A DNA stretch of 50,073 bases, taken from assembly GCA_963659075.1 (NCBI GenBank), contig CAVKTV010000002.1, positions 1 to 50,073 of the forward strand, written 5' to 3'. Below are positions 10,140-20,261 of the stretch, piece by piece. Both the position numbers and the translations under genes were made by a program. Numbering within the stretch: the first letter of the stretch is position 1; each line of letters opens with the position of its first letter. Under the pieces are notes generated by a model, which saw nothing but the letters and a program-made list of their open reading frames with translations, made no database searches and was not told the DNA's origin. The DNA comes from Lachnospiraceae bacterium (lineage in GTDB: Bacteria; Bacillota_I; Bacilli_A; Erysipelotrichales; Erysipelotrichaceae).

Positions 10140-11102
10140 ATGGCCGAAAATGTATACGAAAAAAAAGTAACAATTCGTGAATTGGTTGATTTTTTTAAGT
10201 TTGAAAGATTGACAGGTGATGAAAAATCCTTAGATCGTTGGACGGTCGTACCAGACGTTAATCGTCCGGGATTTGAACTATGTGGATTCTATAAAATGGC
10301 AGAACCACGCAGAATTGTGATTCTTGGTAATAAAGAATCTGAATTTATTCATACAATGTCAGAAGCTGATCAAAGAACACGTTTTCCTTTGATTACAGAT
10401 GGTTTAACACCTGCATTGATTATTTCAAAAAATAATGAACTTCCTCCAATTTTAAAAGAAATTGCGGAGGAAACAAATTTCCCTGTTTTGAGAACAAATA
10501 TGGAAACATATCGTTTGATGGCAGATATTATTACTTACTTAGATGAAAAACTCGCACCAGAAGATACAATGAGTGGAACATTAATGAGTATTCGAGGCGT
10601 TGGTGTTTTATTGACTGGTGAATCTGGAATGGGTAAAAGTGAAACTGCATTAGAATTGATTCGCCAAGGAAATGTATTGATTTCAGATGATAGAGTTGAT
10701 GTGATGCATATTCATAATCATATTCTAGGACATGCCCCAGAAATCATTAAAGGACTTCTAGAAATCAGAGGCATTGGTATCATTGATGTTGAAAAGATGT
10801 TTGGTGCGATGTCAATTACTGATTCTGAAAATGTTGATTTAGTTATTAAACTTGTCCCATTTGAAGCAGAAGCGGATTATAACAGACTAGGTGATGAAAC
10901 AATGCGTTATACAAGAATCTTGAATGTGCTTGTTCCAACAATCATCTTACCTGTATCTGCTGGTAGAAATACTGCTGCTTTAATTGAATCAGCAGTATCA
11001 AATTTCAGATTGAGTGAAGCTGGTTTCAATAGTGCAGATGAAGTAAGAGAAAGATTTAATGATTTTATGAACAAAGCTAACGAAAGGAATGGTAAAGCAT
11101 GA
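10140..11102 (+). CDS. hprK: HPr kinase/phosphorylase
   Basis: GESGMGKSE, LISDDRV, LEIRGIGII and PVSAGRN motifs; GGAGG RBS; TATAAT upstream. Confidence 0.97.
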   Translation: MAENVYEKKVTIRELVDFFKFERLTGDEKSLDRWTVVPDVNRPGFELCGFYKMAEPRRIVILGNKESEFIHTMSEADQRTRFPLITDGLTPALIISKNNELPPILKEIAEETNFPVLRTNMETYRLMADIITYLDEKLAPEDTMSGTLMSIRGVGVLLTGESGMGKSETALELIRQGNVLISDDRVDVMHIHNHILGHAPEIIKGLLEIRGIGIIDVEKMFGAMSITDSENVDLVIKLVPFEAEADYNRLGDETMRYTRILNVLVPTIILPVSAGRNTAALIESAVSNFRLSEAGFNSADEVRERFNDFMNKANERNGKA

Positions 11103-12445
11103 TTTGGTTCCCTGATTTAGCCACGATTGTAGCAGTAGGGGGAATTACAATTAAGTGGTACGCTGTAACTTTAGTTTTGGGATGTATCGTAGGTTACTTG
11201 TATTTATCACAAGTCATGAAACTACATGGTTATAAACAAGCAGTTTCAGATGATCTTCTAGTACTTATATTAGTGAGTGCAATCATAGGGGGGAGATTTT
11301 TTTGGGTCTTAGAGAATTTTAAGAACTATTCTATGTATGCATGGTATGTATTCGCGATTGGTGATGGAGGATTAGATATTCTAGGTTCCTTACTATGCAT
11401 TAGTTGTGTTGTATTGAAATATGGGAAGAAACATCATCTATCTTTTCGAAGAACGATGGATGTTATTTCTACCGCAATGTTGATAACATTAATCATAGCG
11501 CGTATTGGTAGAGCGTTGGAATTATCTACGGTATGGTATTGTGTTGCGATAAATATCTTTGAATTTTTGATTATCTACTATGTCATGAGAACATATTCTC
11601 CAAATCGAAAAAGAGGAGATGCATTTTGTGCCATGTTGATGTTAACGGGCTTTGATCGATTAGCTACGATGGTATTCCGTTGGGATCCTCTTTCTGTCAA
11701 CAACATTTTTGTTTGTGTGGTTGCGGAAGTGGTTGGTGTAATGATTTGGGCTTATTCTAGATTCTTTGATAAGAGAAAACCTGTTATTTTATTTGACTTT
11801 GATGGAACTATCATGGATAGCGAACAAATGATTGTTGGATGTTTTGCGTATTTGTTTCAAAAATATGGTGATATCAATGATTTCACAAAAGAAATTCAAC
11901 AAGAAGTATTTGGACCACCATTAAGAGAAGAATTAAAGAAGTTATTCCCTGATCAAGATACAGACTTATTGATGAAGGATTACTCAGAGTTTCAAAAGTC
12001 TTTACCAGGAAGACATTTGGTTTCAACATTGCCTCATGTTGTAGATGTTTTAAAAGAATTAAAAAAACAAGGTTATGTAACCGCAATTGTTACTTCTAGA
12101 TTATCTGAAAGTTGTGAAACTTGGGTGGAAGATCTTGAAATTGAAGAATACTTTGATTTAATTGTTGGAACAGAAAGATATCGTCACGCAAAACCAAATC
12201 CAGATGGAATTATTGAAACATGTGAAATGTTAAATACAGGACATGATAGTGTTGTGTATGTTGGAGATAACGTTTCTGATGTGCAGTCTGGTAAAAATGC
12301 GGGTGTATATACAATTGCGTTTATTACAAATCATGAAAAAGAAGAGAAAATCAAAGCTGAAAAACCAAACGCAACAATTTATGATTTCTCAGATTTATTA
12401 TCTATATTGAATGAAAAACATGATTGGAGCAATGATTTAATTTAG
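11099..12445 (+). CDS. Fusion of a degenerate Lgt-like membrane domain and a HAD-family (PpaX-like) phosphatase
   Basis: N-terminus has Lgt-like IKWYA, IIGGR and GGL; C-terminus (from ~11771) has FDFDGT, KPNP and YVGD..DV; located after hprK, as lgt and ppaX are in Bacillus. Confidence 0.85.
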   Translation: MIWFPDLATIVAVGGITIKWYAVTLVLGCIVGYLYLSQVMKLHGYKQAVSDDLLVLILVSAIIGGRFFWVLENFKNYSMYAWYVFAIGDGGLDILGSLLCISCVVLKYGKKHHLSFRRTMDVISTAMLITLIIARIGRALELSTVWYCVAINIFEFLIIYYVMRTYSPNRKRGDAFCAMLMLTGFDRLATMVFRWDPLSVNNIFVCVVAEVVGVMIWAYSRFFDKRKPVILFDFDGTIMDSEQMIVGCFAYLFQKYGDINDFTKEIQQEVFGPPLREELKKLFPDQDTDLLMKDYSEFQKSLPGRHLVSTLPHVVDVLKELKKQGYVTAIVTSRLSESCETWVEDLEIEEYFDLIVGTERYRHAKPNPDGIIETCEMLNTGHDSVVYVGDNVSDVQSGKNAGVYTIAFITNHEKEEKIKAEKPNATIYDFSDLLSILNEKHDWSNDLI

Positions 12446-12472
12446 TCTTAGCTATGTGCTAAGGCTTTTTTT
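12444..12472 (+). terminator. Intrinsic terminator
   Basis: AGTCTTAGC-TATGT-GCTAAGGCT followed by a T-run. Confidence 0.7.
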
Positions 12473-12533
12473 AAGATGAAAGATAGTGATAAATGTTTTA
12501 AAATAGATAAAAGAAAACTTGGAGGCGCATCTT

Positions 12534-13406
12534 ATGGAAAAAAATAAAAGAGTTGTACTTGTATCAGGAATGAGTGGCGCTGGCAAGAGTGTTGCGACAA
12601 GATGCTTAGAAGATATGGGATATCATGTCATTGATAATTTTCCGGTACAATTAGTATCTTTGTTGGTAGATATGATAGAAACAAGTATTGATCCAAGATA
12701 CAGTTATATTGCCTTATCTACTTCTGCGCAAGATTTTGCGGATTTCTTAAGATTGTTGAAGGGACAAAACTTTGAAGTACAAGTTTTATTTTTAGACGCA
12801 AATGATTCTGTTTTATTACATCGTTATAAGAGTACGAGAAGAACACATCCATTATTATTAAGTAATACATGTAATACATTGGATGAAGCAATTGCGGTAG
12901 AAAGACAGATGTTCTCAAAGAATATGAATCATTCATTTGTGATGATTGATACATCATTCTTATCTGATAAAGAATTTAAGAAACGAATTGAATCTTATTT
13001 TTCTAAAGAACAAGTTCCAGCGTTCTCTATATCATTTGAATCATTTGGTTATAAATATGGTGTGCCAATGGATGCGGATCTAATGATTGATGTGCGTTTC
13101 TTACCAAATCCATTTTGGGAAATACGTTTAAGACCATATAACGGAAATGATAAATGTGTATATGACTATGTCATGGAAAAAGAACAAACAAAAGAGTTCT
13201 TAGATAAATTAACTACTTTCATGGATTATGCGTTAGAACAATACGCAAATGAAGGGAAGAATCATTTCACAGTAGCGATCGGTTGTACAGGGGGACAGCA
13301 CCGTTCAGTAGCGATAACAAATTGGTTGTTTGACCACTATAGTAAAAAATATAGATGTTATAAACAACACCGTGAAGAAAAGGAATGGATGCGTGATGAA
13401 GAATAA
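12534..13406 (+). CDS. rapZ: RNase adapter RapZ/YvcJ
   Basis: SGMSGAGKS, SFGYKYG, DVRFLPNP and GCTGGQHRS motifs; GGAGG before ATG 12534. Confidence 0.95.
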   Translation: MEKNKRVVLVSGMSGAGKSVATRCLEDMGYHVIDNFPVQLVSLLVDMIETSIDPRYSYIALSTSAQDFADFLRLLKGQNFEVQVLFLDANDSVLLHRYKSTRRTHPLLLSNTCNTLDEAIAVERQMFSKNMNHSFVMIDTSFLSDKEFKKRIESYFSKEQVPAFSISFESFGYKYGVPMDADLMIDVRFLPNPFWEIRLRPYNGNDKCVYDYVMEKEQTKEFLDKLTTFMDYALEQYANEGKNHFTVAIGCTGGQHRSVAITNWLFDHYSKKYRCYKQHREEKEWMRDEE

Positions 13407-14346
13407 GAAGGTCGTAGTAATTGGTGGAGGTCATGGTCAATCTACCATTTGTAGAGGTATTAAAAATATTGATGGATTAGATATCAGTGCCATTGTTACG
13501 GTAGCTGATGATGGTGGTTCGACAGGTAGATTGCGTAAGAAATTTCATATTCCTGCGATGGGCGATATTCGTAATGTCATGATATCTTTGAGTGCCAATG
13601 ATGATTTGATGACAGATTTAATGGATTATCGTTTTGATGATCCAGATGGAACGGAAGAAGATATCGCAGGCCACAATTTAGGGAATTTAATATTAACAGC
13701 ATTAACGCAAAGCTGTGGCTCATTTTTAGAAGCAGTACAAAAAGTACAGAGTATTTTAAATGTAAAAGGAAAAATCATTCCTGCAACAACACAGGTGATT
13801 ACATTGTACGCACAAATGGAAGATGGTGTCATTGTACGTGGTGAAGCAAATATTCCAGATGTAAATAATAGAATACGCAAGGTGTTCTATGAAACTTATG
13901 TTCGAGCAGAACAAGAAGCAATTCAAGCGATTGAAGAAGCAGATTTGATTATTTATGGAATTGGTTCAGTCTATACAAGTATTCTTCCAAATGTTATTAT
14001 TCCTGATATTTGTTCTGCATTAAAGCGAGCAAAAGGAAAGAAAGTATATTTCTGTAATGTGATGAGTCAACCTGGAGAAACGGATGACTATAGTGTAGAA
14101 GATCATGTGGATGCCTTATTAAGACATGGTGCTCCAGTGGATGAAGTTGTTGTAGCCAATGATCCAATTCCTGATGAAAGCATCAAGGCGTACGCTGCGC
14201 AAGGTAGTACAGTTGTTAAGATAAAGAGTGATGAACATCCATATAAAATATTAGAAGAATCATTATTATATTTTGATGGTCATTTGATTCGCCATGATCC
14301 TTCTAAAATAGAAAAAGTTGTAGAAAAATTATTGGGAGAAGAGTAG
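13396..14346 (+). CDS. yvcK: YvcK/GlmR (CofD-like) gluconeogenesis and cell-wall factor
   Basis: GGGHG, TVADDGGSTG, GDIRN and GSVYTSILPN motifs; between rapZ and whiA. Confidence 0.95.
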   Translation: MKNKKVVVIGGGHGQSTICRGIKNIDGLDISAIVTVADDGGSTGRLRKKFHIPAMGDIRNVMISLSANDDLMTDLMDYRFDDPDGTEEDIAGHNLGNLILTALTQSCGSFLEAVQKVQSILNVKGKIIPATTQVITLYAQMEDGVIVRGEANIPDVNNRIRKVFYETYVRAEQEAIQAIEEADLIIYGIGSVYTSILPNVIIPDICSALKRAKGKKVYFCNVMSQPGETDDYSVEDHVDALLRHGAPVDEVVVANDPIPDESIKAYAAQGSTVVKIKSDEHPYKILEESLLYFDGHLIRHDPSKIEKVVEKLLGEE

Positions 14347-15281
14347 TGTCATTTTCATCTAACGTTAAACAAGAAGTTTCACAAAAAATCATGGAAGGTA
14401 ACGATGCGCGTGCAGAGTTATCTGCTTTAGTGCAGATGACATCTTCTTTATCATTTTCAAATCGTGGTATGACAATTTTAGTGTCTGTTGAAAATGCGGC
14501 AGTCGCTAGAACAATCTATCGTATGATCAAAGAAAGATATAATAGTGAAATAGAATTGTTCGTTAAGAAAAAAATGAATTTAAAGAAAAACCGTATTTAT
14601 GGTTTACGTGTTTTATCTGGTGCACCTGTAATATTAACAGAACTTGGAATCTATAGTGCACGTGGTTTGTTACAAAAACCATTACAGAAAATCGTAGCTT
14701 CTGATAATAACGCAAGAGCGTATTTAGCTGGAGCGTTTCTAGCAGGAGGTTCTATTAATCCTCCTGAAAAGTCGGATTATCATTTAGAAATCACAGCCGC
14801 AAATGAAGAACATGCATATTTTATAAGAGATTTAATGAATCGTTTCTATTTGAATGCGAAAGTCATCGAAAGAAGAAATAAGTTTATTGTTTATATGAAA
14901 GCGGCAGAAAAGATTGCGGATTTTTTAAGAATCATTGAAGCAGATCAAGCATTATTTGATTATGAGAATATCCGTATTGAAAGAGATTTAGCTAACAATA
15001 TTCAACGCTTAAATAATATTGATGTCGCAAATGAAATGAAGGCTCAATCAGCAGCACTCAAACAATTAGAAGATATCAAAAAGATAGAAGATCGTGGAAG
15101 ATATGATGCATTAGACCAGAAACTAAAAGATGTCATTGAAATTCGTAAAGAGTATCCAGAAGCTTCGTTGAATGAATTGTGTGCATTGTTGGAAGAAAAA
15201 ACAAAGAAAAAAGTATCGAAATCTGGAATGCGCCATCGTTTTGTAAAGATTCATGATATCGCAACAGATGGAGAAGAATAA
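14346..15281 (+). CDS. whiA: DNA-binding protein WhiA
   Basis: GTG start, MSFSS.VKQE, AYLAGAFLAGGS, YHLEI, NRL-like helix and C-terminal HTH (VSKSG); conserved rapZ-yvcK-whiA order. Confidence 0.95.
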   Translation: MSFSSNVKQEVSQKIMEGNDARAELSALVQMTSSLSFSNRGMTILVSVENAAVARTIYRMIKERYNSEIELFVKKKMNLKKNRIYGLRVLSGAPVILTELGIYSARGLLQKPLQKIVASDNNARAYLAGAFLAGGSINPPEKSDYHLEITAANEEHAYFIRDLMNRFYLNAKVIERRNKFIVYMKAAEKIADFLRIIEADQALFDYENIRIERDLANNIQRLNNIDVANEMKAQSAALKQLEDIKKIEDRGRYDALDQKLKDVIEIRKEYPEASLNELCALLEEKTKKKVSKSGMRHRFVKIHDIATDGEE

Positions 15282-15282
15282 A

Positions 15283-15411
15283 ATGATAGTGATTATCATT
15301 GTAATTGTATTGATGTTTCTGATGGGGTATCTGAGAACAAGAAGATTGATGGATGATGTAAATCAAATTGGAAAGGAAAACAAAGAAGATGATCAAAAGA
15401 GCAGAAGTTGA
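15283..15411 (+). CDS. Putative 42-aa single-TM small protein (MIVIIIVIVLMFLMGYLRTRRLMDDVNQIGKENKEDDQKSRS)
   Basis: Begins 2 nt after the whiA stop with GGAG upstream and overlaps the next gene start; hydrophobic N-terminal helix, basic stretch and acidic tail. Below the ORF-track length cutoff. Confidence 0.55.
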   Translation: MIVIIIVIVLMFLMGYLRTRRLMDDVNQIGKENKEDDQKSRS

Positions 15412-16303
15412 AAATATAGAAGAAATCAAAGAACTTTGGAAAATTTGTTTTCCAGATGTTGATGAAAGATATAGAGATTTCTTTTTTAAATATATCTTAA
15501 AACCAGAAGATTGTTTTATTAAAGTTTTAGAAGGAAAGATCGTTGCGACATTAGTTCGAAATGTACATGAAATGATGTTTAATTCTAGAGTTTTACAAGC
15601 AAGTATGATCATGGGGGTTTGTGTACATCCAGATTATAGACATAGAGGATATATGCATGAGCTTATGGATATTACAGTTGATGCTTGTGAACATAGCGAA
15701 CTTTTAACTTTGATTCAAACAGAAAAACCAGAGGGTTATGAACCATTTGGTTTCAAAACGATTTATCATCGAACACAATTTCAAATTGAAAGAAAAGACG
15801 TCAAAAGAATTACAAATTTTGGCTGTGCATATGATCCTTCACCAATTGATTTATTAAAAGTATACTCTGCGTTTATTAAACGTTTTAATGGTTTCTATAC
15901 AAGAGACTTAGATTATTTTGTGAATTATAAAAAAGAAGTGAAAGCAGTCGGTGGAAAAATCGTTGCGTATTACAATGGCAAAGATCAGATACAAGGATAT
16001 GCAGCAATGATTCCTGAAGGGAATCAATTAAAAGTACAAGAATTGATTTATTTGGATTCTATGTCTTTGATGAAATTGTGTAATGCGGCATTACAAGAAA
16101 AGAAGATCGTAAATCTATATGTATCTGAAGCAGAAGATTTATCTAAAGTATTCCCTGATGCGAAGAAGAGAGTTTATGATTCAACAATGGTACGATTGAA
16201 CGATTCAAAATTATTTTCTAAAGTTTTTAGAACACAAGTGAATACAGTTCAAGAGGCATTTCATCTATCTAGAAAACCACTGAATTTAAATGAATTCTTT
16301 TAG
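15389..16303 (+). CDS. GNAT acetyltransferase (Eis-like N-terminal domains)
   Basis: Acetyl-CoA motif GVCVHPDYRHRGYM and Y..FGF; AAAGGA upstream of ATG 15389. Confidence 0.85.
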   Translation: MIKRAEVENIEEIKELWKICFPDVDERYRDFFFKYILKPEDCFIKVLEGKIVATLVRNVHEMMFNSRVLQASMIMGVCVHPDYRHRGYMHELMDITVDACEHSELLTLIQTEKPEGYEPFGFKTIYHRTQFQIERKDVKRITNFGCAYDPSPIDLLKVYSAFIKRFNGFYTRDLDYFVNYKKEVKAVGGKIVAYYNGKDQIQGYAAMIPEGNQLKVQELIYLDSMSLMKLCNAALQEKKIVNLYVSEAEDLSKVFPDAKKRVYDSTMVRLNDSKLFSKVFRTQVNTVQEAFHLSRKPLNLNEFF

Positions 16304-16371
16304 AAATGAATGATTATTTCATACTTGGGAAGAAATAGCATGAAAAAAGATGTAAATTAAATAATTCACAA

Positions 16372-16400
16372 TTGACGTTAGGCACGGATAATTCTATAAT
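16372..16400 (+). promoter_or_regulatory. Sigma-A promoter of gap
   Basis: TTGACG-N17-TATAAT. Confidence 0.8.
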
Positions 16401-16435
16401 TTAATAGCAACAAAAGGAGGTCTTTTAAGACAATT

Positions 16436-17467
16436 ATGACAGATGTAAGAGTTGCTATTAATGGTTTTGGCCGTATTGGCCGTCTTGCTTTCAGACAAAT
16501 GTTTGATGCTGAAGGATATGAAGTAGTTGCTATCAACGACTTAACAACACCTCATATGCTAGCTCATCTTCTAAAGTACGATTCATCTCAGGGTCGTTAC
16601 GTTGAAATTGGTCACGAAGATGACGTTACAGCTGATGACGAAGCTGGAACAATCACAGTTAAAGGAAAGACAATTAAGATTTATAAGGAACCAGATGCTA
16701 ATAACTGCCCATGGGGTGATTTAGATGTTGATGTAGTTCTTGAATGTTCAGGTTTCTACACATCTAAGGCTAAGGCACAAGCTCATATCAATGCTGGTGC
16801 TAAGAAGGTAGTTATTTCTGCTCCTGCAGGAAATGATCTTCCAACAATCGTTTACAACGTTAACCATGAAACATTAACAGCTGATGACAAGATCATCTCT
16901 GCTGCTTCATGTACAACAAACTGCTTAGCTCCTATGGCTAAGGCTCTAAACGATTTAGCTCCAATTGAATCTGGTATCATGTGCACAATCCATGCATACA
17001 CAGGTGACCAAATGATTCTTGATGGTCCTCAGAGAAAGGGTGACCTAAGAAGATCTAGAGCTGGTGCAGTTAACATCGTTCCTAACTCAACAGGTGCTGC
17101 TAAGGCTATCGGTCTTGTAATTCCTGAATTAAATGGTAAGTTAATCGGTGCTGCTCAACGTGTACCTACTCCTACAGGATCTACAACATTATTATTCGCA
17201 GTTGTAGACAAGGCTGTAACAGTTGAAGAAGTTAACGCTGCTATGAAGGCTGCTGCTACTGAATCATTCGGTTACAACACAGACCAAATCGTATCTAGCG
17301 ATATCGTTGGTATGAGATATGGTTCATTATTCGATGCTACACAGACAATGGTTTCTCCATTAGCTGATGGCAAGACACAAGTTGAAGTAGTTTCTTGGTA
17401 TGACAATGAGAACTCTTATACTTCTCAAATGGTTCGTACAATCAAGTACTTCGCAAACGTTAAGTAA
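16436..17467 (+). CDS. gap: Glyceraldehyde-3-phosphate dehydrogenase (type I)
   Basis: [21 protein letters not shown] and SWYDNE motifs; highly expressed codon bias. Confidence 0.98.
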   Translation: MTDVRVAINGFGRIGRLAFRQMFDAEGYEVVAINDLTTPHMLAHLLKYDSSQGRYVEIGHEDDVTADDEAGTITVKGKTIKIYKEPDANNCPWGDLDVDVVLECSGFYTSKAKAQAHINAGAKKVVISAPAGNDLPTIVYNVNHETLTADDKIISAASCTTNCLAPMAKALNDLAPIESGIMCTIHAYTGDQMILDGPQRKGDLRRSRAGAVNIVPNSTGAAKAIGLVIPELNGKLIGAAQRVPTPTGSTTLLFAVVDKAVTVEEVNAAMKAAATESFGYNTDQIVSSDIVGMRYGSLFDATQTMVSPLADGKTQVEVVSWYDNENSYTSQMVRTIKYFANVK

Positions 17468-17484
17468 TTGCTTATTTGACTCTT

Positions 17485-17514
17485 AAAGGATGTTAGTTTC
17501 TAACATCCTTTTTT
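17485..17514 (+). terminator. Intrinsic terminator after gap
   Basis: AAAGGATGTTAG-TTT-CTAACATCCTTT followed by a T-run. Confidence 0.85.
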
Positions 17515-17674
17515 GTGGTTTGTAAAACAAAAAAAGAGTCGCTACAAAAGTGACTCTCAACATATTAATTATACAAAAAATAAAATTAAAAAAATAGACT
17601 ATTCTTACAGAAAAAATAAGCTATATTATAAGTACAAAGAAGAGATAACCAATCTTCTAATGGAGGTCATAAAT

Positions 17675-17980
17675 ATGGAAGGACCAGGAATTTATTAAGA
17701 GCGACTGAAAAGTCGCACATAAAAAGTGAATAATCTGAAGCTGAGCACAAAAGAACAACTAATAGATTCAATATTCGAAAAAACTTATCATAAAATATTG
17801 TTAAACAATAAAAAAGATAAGAATACATGCCGAGATTATAAGCGAAGAAAGTAGTATTTGAATAATATCCAGATTGAGATGACAAATATTACATTCAATG
17901 AACTGATAAAAGAAGACAAGGAAAGAAGAAAAGAAATCTATCAGAATCATAAGTGCACAATGGTTCGCAAAATTAGTTAA
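17675..17980 (+). pseudogene. Probable decayed ~100-codon gene, or a 7-aa leader peptide MEGPGIY
   Basis: Strong RBS GGAGG, ATG 17675; one frame continues to TAA 17978-17980 with stops only at 17696, 17720 and 17852; followed by a terminator. Confidence 0.4.
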
Positions 17981-18011
17981 GTATAAGTAAGCGGAAAGCT
18001 ACAGATTAGAT

Positions 18012-18039
18012 AGGGAATCCTAAAATAGGATTCCTTTTT
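18012..18039 (+). terminator. Intrinsic terminator
   Basis: AGGGAATCCTA-AAA-TAGGATTCCTT followed by a T-run. Confidence 0.8.
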
Positions 18040-18092
18040 GGTTGTTGAAAATGCATAAGTAAGCCATTAAAATAGAAGTGGTGGAGGTAAAT

Positions 18093-20252
18093 ATGAATAA
18101 ATTACCTGAAAAATTATCAATGTTACGAAAATACAATAATCTATCTCAAGGTGATCTTGCGAGCCGATTAAGTGTTCCAGTAACAGAATATATGCAATGG
18201 GAGAATGGAAATAATATCTGTTCTATTCAATATTTAAAAAAGATGTCTGATATATTTGGGATTTCTTTAGATGATTTGTTAGACAACACAAAAACAATCG
18301 TGATTCCAGAACCTAAATTAGATCAAAGTGTAAATATTCCTTTTCATGGTGGACAAGACATTAACGCAACACAGGTTTATGGTCAAGATTTAGGCCAAAC
18401 AATGCAAGCGACACAACAATTCTCTACATTTGATAATGACGAGGATGAAGATACTGGTCATACTAGAGTTATGGATACTTCTTCTATTTCAGATGTTAAT
18501 GAACCTCAACAATCAAAGTATGATGAGGATGAAGATGAAGAATATGAAGAACCAAAACCAGTAAAGAAGAAGAAAAAACCACAGCACAATGATAAGAAAA
18601 AGAAACAAACAATGATTATTATTAGTGCTGTTGCGGCATTGATATGTGTTATCGCAATTGTAATTTTCTTGCTTACAAATGCAGGATTAAATTTGAAAGT
18701 TGGAAGTGAAAATCGTATTGCGGTAGGAGATACGTATTCTTTATATGTAGATAACCAAGGATCTATTAAGAAGTATGGTACTTTTAATCCTTCTACTGCC
18801 TTTACAAACGCTGTCCAAGTTTCTGCCTTTGATGATCACGCTGTTGCTTTATTAAGTAATGGAACAGTTGTAAGTTCTGATGGCAATTCAGAAGTAAGCA
18901 GTTGGAAAAACATTCAACATATCGCTGCTGGTAAAGATCATACAGTTGGTGTGACAGAAGAAGGAAAAGTGGAATGTGCTGGTAATGAAGATGCATGTAA
19001 AGTATCTTCATGGAGTAATATTTCTTCTGTTTATGCAGGGAATGGATTTACGATTGGTCTAACAAATGATGGTGCTGTAAAAGTTTCTGGTAATAATACA
19101 GATGCGGTTGCGAATCTTTCTAATGTAAGACATATCAGTACATCTGATAATAGTATCGTAGTAACAAAGAAAGATGGAACTGTAACGGTATATCCAATTG
19201 GTTCTTCTACTACAATGGATACTAGCACTTGGACAGATATTCAATCTACAGCTGTTGGTGACAATTTAGTTGTAGGTTTAAAGAAAGATGGAACAGTCAA
19301 TATATCTTATTCTGATGAAGAAGTTGTTAATAAAGTGACTGCTTGGAAGAATATTAAATATATTGCCGCAAATGGCACAACAGTAGTTGGTATTGATTCC
19401 TATGGAAAGATGCATGGTGCTGGTGATAATACATACAACCAATATGTAGATACAACAAGTGATGATTCAGATTCTGATACAGATCAATTAGATGAAGTAA
19501 AGAACATTCAAGTAAACGCAACAACAGCCAATGTTGTTATTAAATGGGATACAGTAGAAAATGCATCTTACTATGAAGTTACTGTAAATACTTCACCAGA
19601 AACTTCCACAAAAACATCTTCTAATTCCATTAGTATTCCTTCATCTTCTTTGACAGATGGAGAATCCTATACAGTCACTGTTACTGCGAAGTCTGATGAT
19701 GAAAATGTTAAGGAGTCCTCAGCGACATATACATTTACATATACAGCTAAGACAGTTCAATTAAGTACACCAAGTGGAATTACTGCCACAACAACAAATG
19801 ATGGATGGATGATTCAATGGACTGCAGTAGAACACGCAACATCCTATAAACTGTCTATTGATGGTGGTGCTGAATTTGAAGTTGATGGCAATAGCTATAC
19901 AGACACTGGTATGGAACAAGAAGGGAATCATACCGTAACAGTTAAAGCTTGTTCATCTGATACAACATATACGGAAAGTGAAGTTGCCACAACAACTTTA
20001 CAATATACGACACAATCTATTCGTATTAGTTTGTATTATGTAGATGGCAATCAAACATACAAAGGTGATACGACAGTTATGGCTAAGGTTGGATTGAACT
20101 ATACTTGGAAGGATCTAGATGCATTAGCTGGCAATTTTGCGGCAAGCCAAGGCTGGACAGTTAATGATGGTACAACACGTATTTTATCTGGAACAAGTGT
20201 TGTCAATATTACAGTCACAGATTCTGGTGCACCTGTAGAAGGACAACAATAA
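18093..20252 (+). CDS. Membrane-anchored protein: XRE HTH, acidic linker, TM helix, 7-blade RCC1/BLIP-II-like propeller, two FN3-like domains
   Basis: LRKYNNLSQGDLA..WENG..FGISLDDLL (XRE); poly-K then hydrophobic TM; repeats such as IAAGKDHTVGVTEEGKV and VYAGNGFTIGLTNDGAV; W..VE.A.SY...Y.VTV.A FN3 pattern twice; GGAGG before ATG 18093. Confidence 0.8.
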   Translation: MNKLPEKLSMLRKYNNLSQGDLASRLSVPVTEYMQWENGNNICSIQYLKKMSDIFGISLDDLLDNTKTIVIPEPKLDQSVNIPFHGGQDINATQVYGQDLGQTMQATQQFSTFDNDEDEDTGHTRVMDTSSISDVNEPQQSKYDEDEDEEYEEPKPVKKKKKPQHNDKKKKQTMIIISAVAALICVIAIVIFLLTNAGLNLKVGSENRIAVGDTYSLYVDNQGSIKKYGTFNPSTAFTNAVQVSAFDDHAVALLSNGTVVSSDGNSEVSSWKNIQHIAAGKDHTVGVTEEGKVECAGNEDACKVSSWSNISSVYAGNGFTIGLTNDGAVKVSGNNTDAVANLSNVRHISTSDNSIVVTKKDGTVTVYPIGSSTTMDTSTWTDIQSTAVGDNLVVGLKKDGTVNISYSDEEVVNKVTAWKNIKYIAANGTTVVGIDSYGKMHGAGDNTYNQYVDTTSDDSDSDTDQLDEVKNIQVNATTANVVIKWDTVENASYYEVTVNTSPETSTKTSSNSISIPSSSLTDGESYTVTVTAKSDDENVKESSATYTFTYTAKTVQLSTPSGITATTTNDGWMIQWTAVEHATSYKLSIDGGAEFEVDGNSYTDTGMEQEGNHTVTVKACSSDTTYTESEVATTTLQYTTQSIRISLYYVDGNQTYKGDTTVMAKVGLNYTWKDLDALAGNFAASQGWTVNDGTTRILSGTSVVNITVTDSGAPVEGQQ

Positions 20253-20261
20253 GGAGATATT

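Noticed and set aside
17513..17698. 61-aa ORF from the track
   Set aside because: It starts at a TTG within the gap terminator tail with no RBS; the only good RBS precedes the internal ATG at 17675.
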